This document shows positions 60,201 to 64,000 of a stretch of 64,000 nucleotides of DNA, piece by piece (position 1 is the first letter of the stretch; every line of letters begins with the position of its first letter). Source of the DNA: Sminthopsis crassicaudata (taxonomy: Eukaryota); NCBI RefSeq assembly GCF_048593235.1, contig NC_133617.1, positions 73,430,937-73,494,936 of the forward strand. Reading direction: 5' to 3'. The notes below the pieces were generated by a model. It did not search any database. It was not told where the DNA came from and saw nothing but the letters and a program-made list of their open reading frames with translations. Made by a program: the position numbers and the translations under genes.

Positions 60201-61856
60201 GGCTGCCCTGCTCAATGTGAACCTGCGGCTGGAGCCCCTCACCTTCTGCCTCAGCACTTCGGGGGCCAAGGCCCTGATCTTTGGGGGGGAGCTAGCAGCC
60301 GGTGAGACTGGGAGTAGTGCAGAGGGCCAGGCCCCACAGTAACAAGACAGAGATTGCTTTTGTGGTCTGGGGGAGGACTTTTAGAGGTAGGAGGAGGGAA
60401 ACCATGGCCAAATCTGGGGGTCAGTGGGGTCTTGGGTGGGAGGGAAACTGCCTGGGCAGCTCCAGCTTTACAAAGCATTCCCTGGCTGGACTATTTAGGC
60501 AGGGAAAGGGATGGCTTGTGCTCAGGAGAAAAGGCAATTACACACCTGTCCAGGTATGTCTGTAGCCCGGGGCGGACAATCAAGTTGGTAAGCTAGTACT
60601 TGCAGGTATGTCTGGGGCTAGGCCTAAGAAGCAGGTCTAGTTTTAGAGCTGGAACATGTCTGTTGACTGAGGGTAAGAGGCATGTCAGTGGACTGAGGAG
60701 TGTGTCTGGAACTAGTGCCCGGAGACAAGATGCCTTCAGGCCAAGGTTCTCAGGAGGGCTGGACCGAGGTGGGCCAGGTTGGGGCTAACAGGCGGACTTT
60801 GCATATGTTCCAGCTATTTCTGAAGTGAGCATACAGCTGGGGAAAAACCTCGTAAAGTTCTGCTCTGGGGACTTTGGGCCAGAAGGTGTCACCCCTGATA
60901 CTCACCTTCTTGATCCTATGCTGAGTGAGGCTTCCACAGCACCCCCGATGCAAGTGCCCCATAAAGGGATGGATGGTGAGTCTGTTTTCAGGGGTTCCCC
61001 GAGAGTCCCTGCGGGTACCTTTAGTTTTGTTCTATTTCTGTTTGCCTTTTCCCTCTCCTACCTCCACCCCGTAGTCCCACCTCCACCAACAGTACCAAAG
61101 GGTTCCCGGCCCCTCCCACCCCTAATACTTCCCTTTCCTTCCAGATCGTCTCTTCTACATCTACACTTCTGGCACTACTGGGATGCCCAAAGCTGCAATT
61201 GTAGTGCACAGCAGGTGGGACCGAAAACCGAGTAAGGGTCTGTAGTCAATGGTGTGTGCCTGCTCCTCCAAAGTTTCCCTTGTGCTTTCTACTTAAGCCC
61301 TCTCTACTTTCCTAATTTATCAGCTGTACTTCCTCCTGTTCTTACTCATTCCCTTCCACACAATCTTTACCCTCCTCTCCAGCCCTAACTCCATTTCCAC
61401 CCCGCATCCCTCTTGGCTTCTGCCCTGTGATTTCATGGGTCTGAAGCATGAGCCTCATCCTTTCCCCATTTCATAGCTCTCCACCCTTTAGCCCTCTCCA
61501 CATCTTCCCAGGCACCCCTCCAGCCTCGTCTCCCTTTCTCATCCAGATACTACCGAATCGCAGCCTTTGGACACCACGCCTACAGAATGAAACCCTCGGA
61601 TATCATTTATAATTGTCTCCCTCTGTACCACTCAGCAGGTACGGAAGGAGGGAGGCTCACCAGAGTGGAGCTTGGACAGAAGGACAGGAAGGGGGTGAGC
61701 AGAAGGGTCTGATGACACTTGAAGCCTGATCCCAGTCTCTCTGCAGGGAACATCATGGGGGTGGGGCAGTGCCTTCTCTACGGGCTCACAGTCGTCATCC
61801 GGAAGAAGTTCTCGGCCAGCCGCTTCTGGGATGACTGCATCAAGTACAACTGCACG
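57095..61856 (+). CDS. SLC27A1: Long-chain fatty acid transport protein 1 (FATP1), first six coding exons; continues past the window
   Basis: Exons 57095-57261 (167), 59907-60301 (395), 60814-60975 (162), 61145-61214 (70), 61547-61638 (92), 61747-61856 (110); AMP-binding motif [12 protein letters not shown]; LPLYHSAG. Confidence 0.96.
59907..60301 (+). CDS. SLC27A1: SLC27A1 coding exon 2
   Basis: ccctgcag|[16 protein letters not shown]...[11 protein letters not shown]|gtgaga. Confidence 0.96.
60814..60975 (+). CDS. SLC27A1: SLC27A1 coding exon 3
   Basis: gttccag|[24 protein letters not shown]...HKGMD|gtgagt. Confidence 0.95.
61145..61214 (+). CDS. SLC27A1: SLC27A1 coding exon 4 (AMP-binding motif)
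   Basis: ttccag|[22 protein letters not shown]|gtggga. Confidence 0.96.
61547..61638 (+). CDS. SLC27A1: SLC27A1 coding exon 5
   Basis: catccag|[30 protein letters not shown]|gtacgg. Confidence 0.96.
61747..61856 (+). CDS. SLC27A1: SLC27A1 coding exon 6
   Basis: ctctgcag|[36 protein letters not shown]|gtcagt. Confidence 0.96.
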
Positions 61857-62021
61857 GTCAGTGCCCCCAACAGGCTGGTGCCCTATCAACTCTCTCTACC
61901 GTGTCTGTTTTCCCCTTAACACCCCATTTGGCTTATTCCTTCCGTGTCTCTTCCATCTCCTCTGCACATAGCTACTACCATTTCATCCCTCCCTACTTTT
62001 TCTAGCTTCCTTGTCAGTACC

Positions 62022-62359
62022 TGTAAAGGGCTAGAACTGAGCCGGATGTATTTAACCTAGATGCAAGGTAATCTAGCACTTAGGGCTAATTACCAATTGG
62101 ACAATTCTCTATTAACATGTTTAGAGGATGACCCTACTCAACTCCATGCTGGCTTGATCTGTGGGTGTGGTGAGAGAAGGGAGGAGAAATCAGCGGGTGG
62201 AGGAGGAGGAGGAGGATCATTTTTTTGGGGGTAGAGAGAGAGGAAGGTGGTGTGGAGATTGCTAGATCTAGTCCCCTGACAGTGACCCCAAAAGACCAAG
62301 AATAAAGACTTTTGCTTATCCTGACTCTGGCTGATTCTAAGATATCCAGGGTCACAACA
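62022..62359 (+). mobile_element. Solo LTR, sense orientation, in the SLC27A1 intron after coding exon 6
   Basis: tgtaaagggc...gtcacaaca termini; 6-bp TSD agtacc/agtagc; AATAAA at 62301-62306. Confidence 0.78.
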
Positions 62360-62767
62360 AGTAGCTGGGACCAGCTGCTGATCCCAACATCTGGGGATCC
62401 TGTGCAGTCCTGGATTGGACTTTTTCATTTGGCCCAGGGATTAGTCCACCAGCTCCTCTCTCAATTACTATACCTTTTATTGCTGACTGGCCAAGGCTTC
62501 CATCCTGAAGGGCAGTGAGGCTTCTCAGATTTTCTTCTGCTTTCTCCAAAGTAAATAGTCAGTCCTTTTGAGGACTTTAAAGGTTTTCTAGAACCCACAA
62601 GAGAACAGACAATGGATAAAATAATTAGCATAAGGAAGGTTCCTCTTCTAAAGCTTTCTTCCAGTGTCATGTTATAATATGGAGGTGCCAGGTTTTTGAA
62701 GGCTTTGCCAATGGAACATAAATTCTGGCTTTTTTCCCCCCTGTCATTTTAGTCTTGTCTGATTTTT

Positions 62768-62983
62768 CATGTCCCTATTTGGAGTTCTTTTTAGCAAAAA
62801 TACTAGAATGGTTTGTCATTTTCTTCTCCAACTCATTTTACAGTCAGGGAAATTGAGGCAAAGAGGGTTAAGTGACTTGCCTAAGTCATAGAGCTAGTAA
62901 GTATCTTAGGTCAGATTTGAACTTAGAAAGATGAGTGAGTCTGACCCCAGGCCCATGTGCACTATGACACCACCTAGCTGCCC
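62768..62983 (-). mobile_element. MAR1-type SINE
   Basis: Reverse head ccacctagctgccc, CORE domain and RTE-like tail. Confidence 0.75.
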
Positions 62984-63519
62984 TTAAGCTCTAGAGAGCT
63001 TACCAAGCCAGAAAGCCTATGACTAGAGAGCTTCATCACCAAAAGGTTGGCCACCAGGTAATAGATGATTTTAGCCACAGATCGTGGAAGAGTACCTGCT
63101 AAGGGAGAGAGGAGGGTCGGGTCGTAGCTTGTGCCAGCAAGGGGAGTGCTTCCAGGGAGAAAGTCCGGACCCTCAAAGTATTGAAGTAGGTGTTGAGAGA
63201 GTTAAGAGAAGTCTTCAAGCTCTCCCAGGGAATGTCCCCAGGATTGGCTTCTCTCTTGGCTTTCTCACCAGCTTCGTTGCCCCTGGCTAGTGGAATAATC
63301 TTGCAATCCAAAAGGCTAATGTCATAGTAGATTGTGCTAAAAGAAGGATGAGCATACTATCTACCACATAGTAGGTGTTTAGTCAGTACTGGCTCCTTTC
63401 CTCTTCCCCTTCCTGTTCTACTTAGCCTTGGTCAGATGACAGCCAGAAGCTGAGTTCAGTGCCACATTTTAGGAAGGCTCTCTGTGAGCAAGGAGGCAAC
63501 CAAGTTGGTGAAGAGCCAA

Positions 63520-63790
63520 ATGAACATAGGTTGCCTGATAAAATTGAAGAAGTTTAGCTTGGAGAAGAAAACATTTAGGCTGGGCCTTGATAGCTGTCTT
63601 CAGACATTTGAAAGGCTGTCCTGGAGCAGAGGTATTAGATGAGTTCTGTTCATTCCCATAGGGCAGAATTAAGAAAATAGGCAGAAGCTGGAGAGTCAGA
63701 AAAATTCCTAATAACTAGAACTGCCCCAAAGGGAAAGCCCTGTCTCTGACTCACTAGAGGTCATCTCTAGATAAAGACTTGGGGATCATG
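63520..63790 (+). mobile_element. CR1/L3 3' fragment
   Basis: tttagcttggagaagaaaa...tgtcttcagacatttgaaaggctgtc. Confidence 0.7.
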
Positions 63791-64000
63791 TGTCACATTC
63801 GGGGTCAGGTGCGGACAGCTGCACGAGATGGTCTCTGAGACTTCCAACCCCCTGGCTCTGTGACTGCTCTCCTGGGTCATCCTTCCTTTAATCAATATGT
63901 CCTCCTCCTTTTACAGATAGCAAACTGAGGGCCAAAGGTGTGAAGTAATGTGTGAAGTTGGGAGACCAAACTCAGTTAGGTTGAGGACTGCCAAATCCAT

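Noticed and set aside
60546-60612. Two CAG|GTATGTCT donor-like copies in an SLC27A1 intron
   Set aside because: No convincing upstream acceptor; flanking exons already join in frame

Overview
Vertebrate genomic DNA, most likely a dasyurid marsupial (inferred from a WSINE1-type SINE, MAR1 SINEs, marsupial L1 3' ends and an OC1-like hAT MITE). Four spliced genes were reconstructed exon by exon with canonical GT-AG sites and consistent phases: the 3' part of PBX4 (+, exons 3-9; 1-24517 is its repeat-rich intron 2), complete MVB12A (+, 9 exons, 274 aa), complete NXNL1 (-, 2 exons; 208-aa RdCVFL plus 109-aa RdCVF by intron retention) and the first six coding exons of SLC27A1/FATP1 (+). Also present: a processed RPL12 pseudogene, two solo LTRs, DNA-transposon relics, many L1/L2/CR1/MIR fragments, two CpG islands and a 152-N gap. 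Main points for follow-up: PBX4 directly abuts MVB12A (likely the ancestral order, marking a eutherian inversion breakpoint); PBX4 keeps an exon missing from human PBX4; there is no room for TMEM221 between MVB12A and NXNL1; a perfect hairpin covers the NXNL1 stop; a sense LTR poly(A) signal lies in an SLC27A1 intron; a two-sided exon-like element sits in PBX4 intron 2. Comparisons to human genes are from memory and were not computed. No prokaryotic-type system (CRISPR etc.) is seen.
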